A stretch of DNA of 64,000 nt from Balamuthia mandrillaris (lineage: Eukaryota), in assembly GCA_031835245.2 (NCBI GenBank), contig JAVKOQ020000027.1, positions 1 through 64,000 on the forward strand. Reading direction: 5' to 3'. A program made the translations under genes and the position numbers. The first letter of the stretch is position 1; every line of letters begins with the position of its first letter. The notes below the pieces were generated by a model, which had not been told where the DNA came from, ran no database searches, and worked only from the letters and a program-made list of their open reading frames with translations. Below are positions 50,986 to 64,000 of the stretch, one piece after another.

Positions 50986-51886
50986 GGAGCAAGGAGCCTT
51001 TGAAAGGACAGTACCAATGTATATGCATCAAATGTCCTTAGGAAGGGCTTGTTTACCAGCTGGTCACAGAGGGATTGATGTCAATGGCCAAAAGCTCAAA
51101 CAGTCTCACTAGGTTTGGCCTTGAAACTGTGATACTCATCTTGAAGCTTGGATTCATACTCAGGAGATGTAAAGATGCCAAACCACCAGCAGAAGTAGGC
51201 AGTGGCGGTTGATTAGTGTTTCCTGTGGCTGTGCTTTGTACCTGTTGCTGTTGTGTCTGTTGTGAAGCTTCCATCATCAAATGGTTTGACTCATCAAAAA
51301 AAAATGTTAGAACCAAAACAGGAACAAAGAGAAAGATAGGAGCCAAATGTATTTAATGAGAAGAAGAGAACATGTAGCAAAAGTTCACACTTAGTAGCAG
51401 GATAGTTCTGCTGAGCCTTGTTCAGCACTTTGTAAAGGAGATGTATTGTCAAGAGCTATACCCACTAGGAAGGATAAAGAAGAATCAGGCTTGCTGAGCA
51501 CTGGTGACAAAAAGCATCCAGCAGGACAGTAAGGCTAGTAAACAGAGGAATGAAGCCACAAAGAAAGTTAACAAAACTAAGGAACACTATGAAAATGTGA
51601 GCCTAGATGCATACCAAAGAGAAATAGAGGAAGGAACACACATGTGGATTAATCCATCAATGTAATGAGTAGCACATATTAATATCCAGCAAGACAACAG
51701 CAATGAAATATTGCACAGCAGCAGAAACCTCATCTTGATGCCAAAAGGAGCTTCAATGGCTGCACCTGCCTTGATCTTCATGCTCTCAAGGTCCTCTTCT
51801 TTTCCATCCCTTCAGTGCTTTCTGTTGTGGAGAATGTTCTTGGCTTCAAAGTTACTAGCTTTCTTTGTTGAGAATTACTCTCAATA

Positions 51887-52488
51887 TAGGAAAAATGCAG
51901 AAAAATAGAGCCCTGACAGGCAAAAGCACTGAAGTGATTGACAGTCAGGAGAGGGAATAGGTCCTGCATCAATGAGTGAATCTGGCCATGAAGGAATGTA
52001 TTAGACTGGGGACCCAAAATGGTTTTCGTTTGGGAAAGCCTACTTTGCAAGCTGTGCAAAAAGAGACAAAGATCACCAGAGGAGCATTCAAGTTGGCAGT
52101 GGAAAAGTATGAGCACTTGAATACTACCACAGTCAAGTTTCCTCCTTCCCAAAGGGCTAACCAAAAGGAGAACAAAGGTGCAGAGGATTAGCATAACTTA
52201 GTAGTGGATTCGCCCTGCTGAGAGGCAGGAACCAGTGTTGCACCCAGGAAGAAGAATGATTTGGACTCAGTCAGTGTGGAAGTCGTTAAGGAGCAAACCA
52301 ACAGGCAAGTGGAACTGCTGTTTGATAATGTTAGCAGTGTTTCTTGTGAGTGTGGTAAGCTCTCTGAGAGGCAGGTGTACTTTCACTCTCAGTGATTGTA
52401 CAATTCAGGAACCTGATTGAATATCTTCACCACGAGATCAATAATCTTATAGTGGGAGGAAAAAGGAAGTGCAAAGGGTACCAAAGGC
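51887..52488 (+). mobile_element. Older, diverged 5' fragment of the same LINE family (ORF1 start)
   Basis: TAGGAAAAATGCAGAAAAATAG... aligns to 146-785 with many substitutions and stops. Confidence 0.85.
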
Positions 52489-53969
52489 AGAGGAAAAAGG
52501 AAGTGCATTAAATAATACTTTTTGGCCTCAGTCATGTTATTCATCCATTCTAGCACAGCCTTGACTGTCCTTCTTCTAGAAATCTTCACTGATATCCCCA
52601 GTAGATAACACACATTTTTGACAACAATATTCATAAATACTGTCCTTCCATTAGCATCATCCTTCTTGACAGGGAACCAAGGATACTTGTCTGCTGTCCT
52701 CTGGACTTGCAGTGAGCTCTTTGACTGATGACCTATGCTTTATTTCATGTGTTGTTATTTTTGCATCTATAAGAGTTAGTAAGATGTTACCTTTTGTTCA
52801 TTCTTACTTGAGAAAGCAGTGAAAGACATCAGCATCATCATAACATTGTCCTTCAAAGTGGCTAACTCCAGCCAGTGGTCAAACGAGGTCAAAAAGATGT
52901 CCGAGTTCTTGGTGGTTTGCCATGAAATGTTAGTCACATTCCTACAGTAAACAGCAGACTTTGTATCTGTCAATTATCATCTAAGCTATTATGAGCTTTG
53001 TGTTTCATGTTGTCATAAATCTTGACTACCAGCATTGATGTTAGCATCCTGGAATTGAGCATAGATTATCTCTTCACCTTATCTTTTCCTGCTTCTTTCT
53101 TCTCTTTGTAAGATGATGAAGAGTTGGGCCTTGAGCCAAGATTATCATCCTTCTGACTGTTGTTTGCAAGTTGAGCCTTGAGAAGATTTTGCAGTTCAGA
53201 GATTGAGTCATTAAGCCTCAACTGTTGCACAGGTAAAAGAAAATCAAAGATGTTGTTGGCAACTGTGTTGGAAAACTCCAACATAATAGCCCTTCTTCTC
53301 TTCCTGTCGACCTCTCCCTCATGCCTGTCGACCTGAGGAAACCTCTCGGTGTCCAACTTCTCCTTTCTTGAACTTCTCCTTTTTTGTTGTTTTCTCTCTC
53401 TGCCCTTTTATGCTGATATTCTCTGTTCTTCTTTTTTGGATAATTGTTCTAGCTTAAATACTGCCTCTCCTTGCTTCTTCTTCTTCTTCTTTTTCCTCTC
53501 AGGACAACTTACAACAAAACACAAGATACTTTACTATCACTTGTACTCTTCACTTTTAGTAAATTAAGTTCGGGTCTCGTACTTACTTTGTCTCCGCTAT
53601 CATTCCCGTTCTTATTTTTTACGACAACTGCCAACATAACCAATACATTGCTTCTTTCTTCGTTCTTCCTCAGCTTACATCAGCACCTAGCCCACATTAG
53701 CATCTTGTGATTTCCCATGGATTTTTTCTTGTAGGACTAAGGAACTTCCCTTCTTCTTTTGATTGGTTCTTTTTCTCATTCATTTTGTCTCTTTCTTTCT
53801 TTATCTTCTCTTTTCTTTTTCTCTCTTTCTTTTTCTCTCAGAACAAGAACAATTAAGAAACAAACACACACACTGTCAGAACACTTTCCTTTTATTAAAA
53901 GCCTAGGCTGTGTACAGTCTTCTATAATTAGCTTTCTGACTGGTTCTTCATCTCTGCTTACTTGTATAT

Positions 53970-56900
53970 GGTAGTAATAAGAAGTTTATTTGCTCTGAGA
54001 GCAACACCAATCTATACATAAAAAGTAAGCATCGTACATACATAGTGTACTCTTACTTTTCTTACTCCCTCATCCTCAATGCCTTCCCAATTGTTACTCA
54101 AATTCACAAGTGAAAGGTGTTGAATGAGATTTCAGACTAACTTTGTATCATCTAGCTTTCCCTTTCCTTTCTTCTCTTTTCCTTGCTATTACATTACTTC
54201 CAAAGATTGATAGAATGCAGAAGAACTTCCATGCTTCCAACTTGCTCTTGCTGCCCATAATCACCAGACTCGTTTACAACTTTGCTACATTGTTCCATCT
54301 CTTGAGCTCTGTTGCATTTCTTTCCACTTGACAGGAGCTTTGTTATACAGTCTTCAATAATCAGCTTTCTGACTTGTTCTTCACTTCCATTGTCCACACT
54401 CCAGATTCTAAAGCGATCTTCTCAAAGGTTAGGACACCTTAACAGGAAGTATTCCGCTGTTTTTTCCTCAGCATCACATGCAGGGCACTTGCTATCCTCC
54501 TCAGACTGCTGAATGGCTCCCCACTTTTTCCCAATAGGCAGTCCACCACAACGAATAGCATTCATCAAACATTCTTTCCTTGGGTTGGTAATCACTAAGC
54601 TCTGTTGTTGTCCAACCAAACATCTTCCATTTGTCAAGAAGTTATGCCATAGCCATGCTCTTGTTCCTTTTTCTCCTTCAGCTGCATACTCCATCTTGGC
54701 TACTCGAGTTAAGGCCCTCATCCTCTTGGCTTTCTTTTCAACAACACTCGTCCTGTCACCTCCCTCACCTTCATTCTTCTCCCCTTCCTCTTCACTTGCT
54801 TGGCTTACCTCTTCAAGTAGCTCAAAGTGGCCATCTTGCCTCTCAGCATGATGGTACTGCTTGTCTTTCAACTCACAGTGAGCCTTGATGGTCAACCAGC
54901 CCAATTCTGCTCTACAAACCCCCGCCACAGTCCTTCGATGAACTTGCAATACACTTCTTGCTGTCTCATTCCACACTGCTTCGATCTTCTTCCACCATGA
55001 TTTGGAAAGCTCTGTCATACATAATCCATATGACAAGGTAGACTTGACAATAGCCTCTGCAGCAATCTGGGCAGTGCGTGTACCAAGGCCTTTGGCAATG
55101 GCTCCCCGCTGCCTAAGGCTGTAGAGGGCTTGCTTGGCCTTGGTGATCCTCTCCTTGGCATGAGTTGTCCATTCCCCACTTTCTTCAAACCACAGTCCCA
55201 GGTACTTGGCCTCCTTCACACGTTTCACAGCCTCCCCCTTCAGACTCCACTCTTGAAAATGAGCCTTCTTTCCTTGTACTAGCACCACTGATTTCTTTGC
55301 ATTGAATTGAAGTCCCAGAGCATTCACTGCCTTCACTGCTACATTCAACCTTCTCTGAAGCTCAAACGGATTGCTGGCCACCACTGCCAAGTCATCTGCA
55401 AACAACAAGCAAACATTCCTTGCTTTATCTCCTCTTTCCTTCTCCTCTGCCACTTGTAGCTTTCTTGCCACCACATCAATGTATACATTGAACAAGAATG
55501 GAGACAAAACTCCTCCTTGCTTAACTCCTCTTTCCACCAGAAATTCCTCTGAGAGCTGCCCATTCATGTGAATAACACTCGTCATACCACGGTACCACTC
55601 TGTAATGATACCCACAGCTGCCTCTTCTGCTCCTCTTTTGCATAATGTCCTTGCCAGTATGTCATGGTCGAGCATGTCATATGCCTTGCTGATATCCAAC
55701 AGAGCAATATAGGTGTGTTCTTTGCTTCTCTTCATTTCTTCAACCGCCACACCTGATCCATGACTCCCCTTCCTTTTCTAAATCCACCCTGGCAATTACT
55801 TATCCACCCTTGCTCTCTTGCTTGTATGTTCAATTGTACCAAGATAGCTCCTTCAAACACCTTGGCTGCATTGCATAGGAGAGTAATACCTCTATAGTTT
55901 GCTGGATTCTGGGGATCTCCTGCCTTATGCAAGGGAATAACCACCCCCTGTTTCCACTCCTTGGGGAATATGCCTTGGTTCTCAATGACCTTGATCAGCG
56001 TCCAAGTTGCATCTTGCACATGTTTGCCTCCATACTTCATCATTTCCCCATCAATATTGTCCACCCCAGCTGCTTTGCCCACCCTCAATCTTTTCCTCCA
56101 TGCAAGATTAAAACTCTCCTTCTTAAGCCAGTTACTACCAGACCAAGGCAGTCCTTCTGGACCTGCTTCCTCTCGATGCAAGCTCCCAATGGAAGAATCC
56201 TTCCTTCCCAGCTTTGCCCAATGTTCCTTGAAGGCTGCCGTGCTACCGTGGTGCTCCCTAACTGCTTTGGGCTCTGCTCTACGCTTTGCCACTATCCTCC
56301 ACATGTTGCCGATCCATTTCTGCATTTCCTTGATGTTCTCTTGTCTTTTCCACTTCATCCAGTCCCATTTGTTGGCTCTCCACAACTTCACAAACCTTTT
56401 CCTGAGTTCCACAAATTCCTCTCTGGCCTTTCCATCATTCTTTCCTTCTCTTAGCCACTGAGCATGGGCTATCACTACCTGCTTGTTCAAGGATGTTAAC
56501 TCTGCTGTCCACCATGGCTTCCTTGCCCTGCTCGTTGTTGCTCCTATCAGTCTCCTTTCTCTACCAAACCATCTCATTGCACAATCCCACAATCCTTTTT
56601 TCCACTTGCTCCAAAGATCTTCAACAGTAGCTGTTCCCTCCCGTGTTTTCTTGACCATGGCCTTCCATTCCTCTCCTTTGAAGAAACGCTTGCACCCGCG
56701 TTTGTACTCCCTCCACCTCCTCTTGCGATCTTCCTCCGAGTAGGACTTCCACTTCCATCGTTCCATCCAAACCCCGCCACAATTATCTGCTGGGTCCTTC
56801 AACTCGACTACCAGTGGGCGATGATCGGTCCAAGCTTGCCATCTGTCACCAACTACCTTGCCCGTCCATCTCCATGCTACCACATAGTCCACAATGCTCT

Positions 56901-58839
56901 TTCGTTTTCCAGCTCTCCATGTAAATACTGGCGCTTCCTCTTCGAGCTGAGGCAACGAGAGGGCCAGCCTTTTGAAAGACTCCACCAACACCTTTCCTCT
57001 CGCGTTGTAAGTAGATTCACCTCTACCATTCCATCCCTTTCCAACCCTGGCGTTCCAATCTCCTCCAATAATCAGGGGTCTTCCTTCCTTGACCACGTCC
57101 AGGATTCTTTTCTCAATCGCAGCCAAGGTGACCTTAAAGTCGTCCACGGTACCTCCTGGAGGGAGATACACTATACTGATTATAAAGATGCAACTCTGTC
57201 CCGCCAGTTCCACCCAAGTGGAGTTAGGCGTTCGCCACTCTTTCCTTTCTCTGATGTTCCCCTTGAAGCCCTCTCGAACAAAGAAACCTGCGCCACCCCT
57301 TCCATAGCCACTCCTCCCTGGAGCAGCCCCTCCACCCATCCACCGATACCCCTCCAAGCTAGGGGCAACCATCCTCCTATGTTCGCACACTCCAATAATG
57401 TCAAATTGCTTACTGTCAGCCCAACAGCTGACCAATTCCTCTTGTCCCCAGCCCCTAGAGTTGACAAACGCTACTGAAGTCATTGGGTCTCCTCTCCTTC
57501 CTCCTCCACAATGTCAGACCAGTTGGCAGCACCATGATACTCCTCCTCAGCCAGCGCGATGCTTGAGAGATCCAAAGAGCTGTCCAAGGCCACTGTTCCA
57601 ACATTCTCCTCCTTTTCCTTCTTCTTCTCCATCTTTCTTTGCTCTTTAGGCTTCCACAGCGGTTTACCTTCATTCTTGGCTTCTTCAATTCGGGCTTTGC
57701 CCACCCACCAGCGGGTAAAACCATACAGCCTGGCTCTTTCCGCAATAATGTCTTCGGCAGCCTGGGCCGTCTCCAAAGTAACTCCCCAATGCTGCGTGCC
57801 ATTCTTCTCTCCTACTTTCCACACTCCGACGTGCTTGAGCCCCAGCTCGAAGATCCTCTCACTTACCTTTTCCTTCTTAAGGTCCTTACCGCTCACCACA
57901 ATCGATCTGCCCTCCACCGCCCCTACCTTGGAGTAGGGACTGGCAAAGCCATACTTTGGTTTTACTGTAGACCAATAGTTCGGGTCGGTTACTGTATCTT
58001 TGGTCCACGTCCTCCTGTATATGTTGGAGTTATCCTGCCAACATATCCCTTGTTCCTTTGCCATTTATTCCTTCCAGTATTCCAAGCTTGGCGCGCTGAC
58101 CGTAGTTGCCGTTGGAGGGAAATTCCTTTCCGCAGTAATCATATCACACCGCGGAGCTGATCCGACCACCTCCGCGTAAGACCGTTGGGAACCCAGAGTA
58201 AGGCCGCCTTTGGTACTATTTGCACTTCCTTTTTCCACCATAAGATTATTGATCTCCTTGTCGAGGGATTCAATCAGGTCCCTGAATCGTACAATCACTG
58301 CGAGTGAGAGTACGCCTGCCTCGGAGAGCTTACCACACTCGTGAGAAACACGGCTAATACAATCAAACAGCAGCGCCACTTGACTATTGGTTCGCTCCTT
58401 AACGCCGTCTGCACTGACTGAGTCCGAATCAATCTTCCCCTTGGGCACAACACTTGTCCCTTCCTCTCGGCGGGGCGAATCCGCTACCGAGTTACACTGA
58501 TCCTCTGCCCCTCTGTCGTCCTCCTCCTTTTGGTTCACCCTGGGAGAAGGAATCTTGACTGTGGTAGTGTTCAGGTGCCCATACTTTTGCACCGCCAACT
58601 TGAACGCTTCCTCCAGAAACTGATTTAGCTTGTCCCCTTTGACAAAAACAGGATCTTTGCCTCTTTTGCACAGCTTGCAAGCGGGCTTCCACGAACGATT
58701 ACCGTTTAGGGTCCCCAGTCTAAGACGTTCCTTCATGGCCAGATCCACCCATCGACGTAGGACCTGTTCCCTCTCCTGACTGTCAATCAATTCAGTGCTC
58801 TTGCGTGGCAGAGTCCTATTTTTCCGCATTTTTCCCCCT
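53970..58839 (-). mobile_element. Full-length LINE copy 3, disabled, with 13-bp TSD
   Basis: CTTACTTGTATAT at 53957-53969 and 58840-58852. ORF1 (58829->57480) has TAA at 58065. ORF2 (from 57483) has a frameshift at ~55735 and a stop at 54422. Confidence 0.95.
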
Positions 58840-58886
58840 CTTACTTGTATATATATCTCCTCAACTCTGGTCCCATTGTTGAAGAG

Positions 58887-59130
58887 TGTTGGAATCTATG
58901 CATGAACCAAGAACAAACCAAAGAGAAATTGGACCAAAAGTATTTGATGAAAGAAAAGAGAATGAGTACTTGTGAGTATGTTTTTATGGAGAAGAGAGGA
59001 TTTATAATTGAAAGGCAAACCAAGGAAAGAAAGAGGCTCAAAGATGAAGCATAGCTTCCTAGTTTCTTAAGTTCTAGGTTCAGAAAAGATCTTTGGAATA
59101 GTGATACTGATGGTTATTATAAGATTGTCA
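58887..59130 (-). mobile_element. Diverged LTR-like remnant related to the solo-LTR family
   Basis: TGTTGGAATCTATGCATGAACCAAGAACAAACCAAAGAGAAA... resembles the reverse complement of the LTR 3' end. Confidence 0.55.
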
Positions 59131-59505
59131 ACAAAAAGACCTTCTATTATTTTCCTTTTTTCAATTAACTCTACTTCAAGGCAAACAACTTTGTGTTTCT
59201 TCTTCCTCCATCATCATTCTTTCTCAACCAACATAGATAGACCAAGGAAAACAATGAAAGGAGTAGAATGTTTGTAGTTATCAACAAATTGCTTGCAAGG
59301 AAGTACTTTCTTTCTATTTGTTTGTTTGACTGTCTCAACTGTTTGCCACAGAACAATCTATTTATCAATTCATAGCAAAGCAAAAAGGCAGAGACTCAGT
59401 GCCCTTGAAATCATTTTTCATCTTCATTGAGGTATTGTTTTGTTATACCATTCTATTGGAAAACCAAGGATTTACTTCAGTATGACTTCCTGTTGATGAT
59501 CGCCT

Positions 59506-59655
59506 TGGATACCCCAAATTCTCTTATCCCTTTTTATTTTCCCTTTCTCCTTATGACACATTCAAAGCACACACTTGGGTTCACACCCATTTTTCTTGTG
59601 AATAAACCCACAGTTGCTTACATGTCATCCCTTGATCTGCAGGGCTTATTCCCTG
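59506..59655 (-). repeat. Interspersed ~200-bp repeat, copy 3 (inverted, diverged)
   Basis: The reverse complement resembles 47561-47710. Confidence 0.65.
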
Positions 59656-59816
59656 TCCACAATTCTCTTAATACTTATCCCTATCTCTCCTTGTTTATAT
59701 ATATTTCTTTCTTTCATTCTTATAAAAGGTTTTTCCTTATGTCCATTAAGTTGGTGTCTGTTAGGCTGTTTTCCTACTAGCCTGATCACAAGGCTATAAC
59801 AAAGGTAGTGTAATTT

Positions 59817-60207
59817 TGTTGGCAACTGCCAACATAACCAACTCTTTCTTTGTTTCTTTCTTCATTTCTTTTCTCTTTTCTGTCGACAATCTCACGTCAG
59901 CTATCATCGATCTTTTATGTCAACACCAAGCCATTCCGAAGATCTTTCTCCTGCCTTCCCTGGAACTTTCCCAAGCCTAGAACTTAAGAACAAAGAAACC
60001 AAGAAGTCACTCCCCAACCCCGAGCCCCTTTCCTTCCTTGGTTGCCTTCTCAACTATAAATACTTTTCCCACAACCAAGAACACACAGACGAACGAATGA
60101 AGAAACAACACACTCACAAACACACTTGTTTTCTTCCTCTCATTAAATACGTTTGGCTCCCATCTTTCTCTTGGTTCCTGTCTTGGTTCTATGCTCAGGT
60201 TCTAACA
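59817..60207 (+). mobile_element. Solo LTR with ATTT target site duplication
   Basis: TGTTGGCAACTGCC...GGTTCTAACA, with ATTT at 59813-59816 and 60208-60211. Confidence 0.9.
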
Positions 60208-60592
60208 ATTTCCTTTTACTTGCTGGAATTATCCTTTTTCAAAATGGTAGATACATCTTGAGCTCTTTCTTCCCAGGTGATTAGGTTTCACTCTTTCTTT
60301 TTCTTCCAAAATATGTTCAAAACACCTTACAATTGCTTGGTGCATAAAAAGTTCCCAGTATAAAAAGATTTTCTGGGGCACTGTTTGTGTTCATAATTGA
60401 CTGAAAAAAAATGGTTGGGGAACGAGCCGCTTCAATTTGGTCCTATCATGTCGACATGAGGCACGCCAAAGTTCTCGTGTCGACAAACCAAAAGAAGGAA
60501 ACTTTAAAAAAAAGATTCGTTCAACTTTACCCAAGATTAAAGACCAGTCCCCACAAACCAAAAAAAAAATACAAACAAAAAATACACACATA

Positions 60593-61200
60593 ATGGGCAA
60601 GCTTGTTACGCAACAGGGGATCACCGCCAGCAAAGAACGCTTTTTGTTACTACGAAACCAAGCTTTTGGAAAACAAAAGGGAGGCCAACGTAAACGGACT
60701 GTGGCGCAGAGCAAGCGTTTGCTTGAGGAACTTAGTGGAGGTTTGTTCTACCTGCAATGCTGACGCTCTGTTGGTTCATGGTGCAGCTGTTCACCACTTT
60801 GTGTTAACCAAATCCATTCACACAACTGGATGAAGGTGAGGTTGGAAAACTGCTGAGCGAGCTTCTTCAAAGCAACTGGGGCCGCCCAGTCTTGCAGGAG
60901 ATCGAAGAAAACGCCTTCCGTCCCATTGCCCAAGCCATTCAACTCGGTTACAAGGCTTCTAAAAGGCGGCAACGGTCCCAGTGGTTGTCTGTCCTGCGCA
61001 GTGCTGCTATCTTTGTCTCTGCCAAGGAATGGCGAAGCCTTGGGGCTGACTTTACAAGCAAGGCATGGTACGTTCTCTTTTGTTACTATGGAGTACTTGT
61101 TCCTTACACCATTTATTGCTCACTACACATTGCTGTTGTCATCGCCATCGCCATCGCCATCGCCATCGCCATCGCCATCGCCATCGCCATCGCCCACTTG

Positions 61201-61241
<41 letters not shown>

Positions 61242-63034
61242 ATCATTTCTGTTTCTTTCGTTATTAACATATTTATTTCTCACTGTTTCTCTTTCTCTTT
61301 TTTCCTTCCTTTCTCCCTTTCTTTCTCTTTTTACTCTACAGGACTCAAGCTGGTCATCATTTGAGAAAATATGGAGGAGGGTCTCCTGTGCCAAAGCCAG
61401 TGCCGCCTATGTTCCTGCGCAAAGTATCTGATGACGTTATTGCAACTGTTCAGGACTACTGCATGAAGAACTCCCGCCCAGCCGACAACAAAACAGTAAC
61501 GCTCAAAAGAAAACAAAAAGCACAGCCCGCTGAAGTTGTTCCCCTCCGTTATTGGAATAAGAGCATCATCGCTGTCTGGCAGTCCTTCCAAAAGGTCTTT
61601 CCTGAGACAGACATTAGCCTAAAAACCTTTCGAAAGTATGCTCCTCCACAAATCAAACGCTGCAAAAGACGAACAGCTGTCTGCAGCAAATGCCTCAACA
61701 GAGCAAAGTGTGAACAACAGCTGAAACAGCTTCTACGAAAGATGGAGGCTTCCACAGAAGAAGGAAGACAGCTTCAAGCCTTGCGAAAGGAAGAAGAGGA
61801 GGTCACAAGCCTTCCACGTTCCTGTCTCCTTGGGTTGTGTGCTCATGACCTGCACCAAAACCCATCCACAACTGCTTCTGTCTCTTCCTCTTCCATCTCT
61901 TCCTCCCTCATTGCTCCAATCCCTTTCGTTGGAACAACTTCCACTCTCACAACTGCACCAGCTGACCTTCTTCTTGAAGCTGAAACTTGGCCAAAACACA
62001 TTACTTGCTTACGAAGAGAAGTGGAACACTATTACCACCACCAAGAACATGTAGAACAGCAAAAACAAAGCTATCGTCAACAAAAAGAGCAACTCAAAGC
62101 TCAAACAGAAGGCATTCTTGTGTTGGACTACAAAGAAACTCTTCGCCTAGGACAGAGTCTGGATGAAGAAACACGAACCTTCTATAAACAGCCACAACGA
62201 GCAGTCTTTGGTGCTGTTCTCTTGTACCGGGAGGCAGAGGGACAACCTTTGCGTATGCACTACTTTGATGTGGTGTCTGCTGTGCTGATGAATAACTCTT
62301 GGATCACGGTGCGATGGCTAAGGGAGATCTTCGCATGTCCTGAATGGAAGCAGTTCAACTTCAAAACGATACATGTGTGGATGGACAATGGACCGAGCCA
62401 CTTTCGTACAGGAGAGACCTTCTTTTATTTTCTTTCAATGATGTGTAAAGACGCTGGCATTGCTGATAAGCTCTCTATCAACTTTTATGCAGATAACCAC
62501 GGCAAGAGTATCTGTGACTGTCACTTCTCCATGGTATCGAAGGCTGTTTCCAAGTGGACTAAACATCAAAACGAAGAGGGCATCAACAACGAACTGTGGA
62601 CATCACAGGACCTCAAGGCTTGCCTTGACCAGAAGTTCTCCGAGTGGCAAGAGCAAACAAAACAAAAAAACAAACGATGAAGAAAAAGCACAAAGCCAAA
62701 GAAGGAGTGGAATTACTCTGTGTTGATTCGTGATGATACTCCTCTTACCACCAACTCCTCTCACTCTTCTTACAATCAAGCTCTTCCTAACGACTTGAAA
62801 GTGTATCATCACTTCCTCATCTTCGCCAATCCATCCTATCAGCCTTCATCTTCACTTCCAGAAACAGTCCTTGCCGCTATTTGGTCCAGTCATACAACTC
62901 TCACGCCTGTAAAACTCAAGTACAAGCACACCTCTCCACCTCTTCTCTCAAGCGCTCAATTTCTCCACCAACTTTGTGGACTGTTGGAAAAGGTTTGCTG
63001 GCCCGTGAAGCAAAGCGTCGAAGAATACTGCAAG
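60593..63034 (+). mobile_element. Intron-containing DDD transposase, Sola2-like, with in-frame TGA at 62678-62680
   Basis: Spliced model MGKLVTQ...LSG|GEVGK...SKAW|TQAGHHLRKYGGG. Contains CSKC...HxxH, LVLDYKE, VWMDNGPSHFR and NHGKSICDCHF, and the frame continues past the TGA. The 3' end and TIRs were not identified. Confidence 0.7.
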
Positions 63035-63134
63035 GTTAGTAATGCTAAGTTTATTTATTTTAAAATATTAACAGTTGTCTTTTGTTAAATAGACACACAT
63101 AGCAAGGAAGAACAAAGATACATGAACCCAAATG

Positions 63135-63660
63135 CAAATGAAAACACAAACAAAAACGAATACAGAAACCAAAACGGAAACAAAAACGAAAACGGAAACA
63201 AAAATGAAAACAGAAATGAAAACGAAAACGGAAACAGAAACACAAACATAAATGAAAACGAAAACAAAAACGAAAATGGAAATGGAAAAAAAAACAGAAA
63301 CGAAAACAAAAACAAATACGAAAACGAAAACGGAAACAAAAACGAAAACGGAAACAAAAACGAAAACAGAAACGAAAACAAAAATGAAAACGAAAATGGA
63401 AACAAAAACAGAAATGGAAACAAAAACGGAAACAAAACCAGGAACAGCAATAGAAACTCAAACAAAAACGAAAAAGAAAAAGAAAAAGAAAAAGAACTGA
63501 ACAAGAAAAAACAAGAGAAAGAAACAAAAAAGAACAACAAAGAACAAAAAAAATCAAACAAAAACAAAAAAAGAATCCAACATCAACAAAAACAAAACCA
63601 CAAACCAAAAAAAAGAAAAAACCAAAAAAAAAGAAAAACCAAAAAGAAAAAACACAAAGA
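63135..63660 (+). repeat. (GAAAAC/AAAAAC)n hexamer-based A-rich tandem repeat
   Basis: Directly visible. Confidence 0.9.
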
Positions 63661-64000
63661 GAACAAGAGTGCTGGATGAGAGATAAAGAAATTGATGATT
63701 GGGTAGCATCAATAACGCAACTAAAAGAAGCAGAAGAAACAGAAGAAGAAAAAGAAGAAAGGCAAAGAGAGCAAGAGAGTCAGATGCGAAATCAAGAAAT
63801 TGACAATTGGGTAACACAACTTCCACAATCTACAGAAGACCTAATGGAACTAGAAGATCAACCAGAGCGGACAGACCAAGGATCAGTGCTAAACCCACTC
63901 ACAATACATCCAGATAATATCCTTTTCCCTTTCTTTGCTTTGTCTACACCATCCTATTCTTTTAGCTTTCCTAAAGATCCAAATTTTATTTTGCCTTCGC

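Larger units (their letters stand above)
47904..51370 (-). mobile_element. Decayed, internally deleted Ty3/Gypsy LTR retrotransposon
   Basis: LTR 3' ends (...TTCTAACA) at 51305 and 47904. Gag start MMEASQQ, decayed zinc knuckle, protease FLDIGASCSFI (~49800), RT N-terminus PIFQHQY..NSPILAIPKK (~49200-49360) and integrase C-terminus GD..PKYLGPF (~48230-48310). Confidence 0.82.

Noticed and set aside
63060..63679. Asn/Glu/Lys-rich or Phe/Cys-rich ORFs
   Set aside because: They arise from the hexamer repeat, and I found no convincing in-frame splice to the transposase.

Overview
Eukaryotic, intron-rich genomic DNA (mostly short GT-AG introns, many microsatellites). The gene content fits a free-living protist, possibly an amoebozoan (inference only). 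About 5.8-44.8 kb is gene-dense: CLC Cl-/H+ antiporter, PDS5, PDCD2L/TSR4, an AAA_28/TTD14-like NTPase, a CBS protein, IMP2, a LIM protein, a SAM/RanBP2-ZnF/F-box protein, aconitase, V-ATPase subunit c, PGK, TIM17 and a divergent porin. About 44.9-64 kb is a nested transposon field: chromodomain Ty3/Gypsy remnants, solo LTRs with 4-bp TSDs, LINE copies and an intron-containing Sola2-like transposase. Three near-identical full-length ~4.9 kb LINEs (9-10 nt 5' UTR, ATGA-coupled ORF1/ORF2, (TAC)n tail) are present. One sits inside a PDS5 coding exon with a 14-bp TSD and creates an in-frame stop. The most notable find is a scrambled Fanzor2 (eukaryotic IS607-TnpB-like RNA-guided nuclease) locus at 42.7-45.4 kb. 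Its fragments hold all three RuvC motifs, and a highly structured candidate omegaRNA ends at the stop codon of the convergent porin gene. Multi-exon boundaries were read by eye and are approximate.
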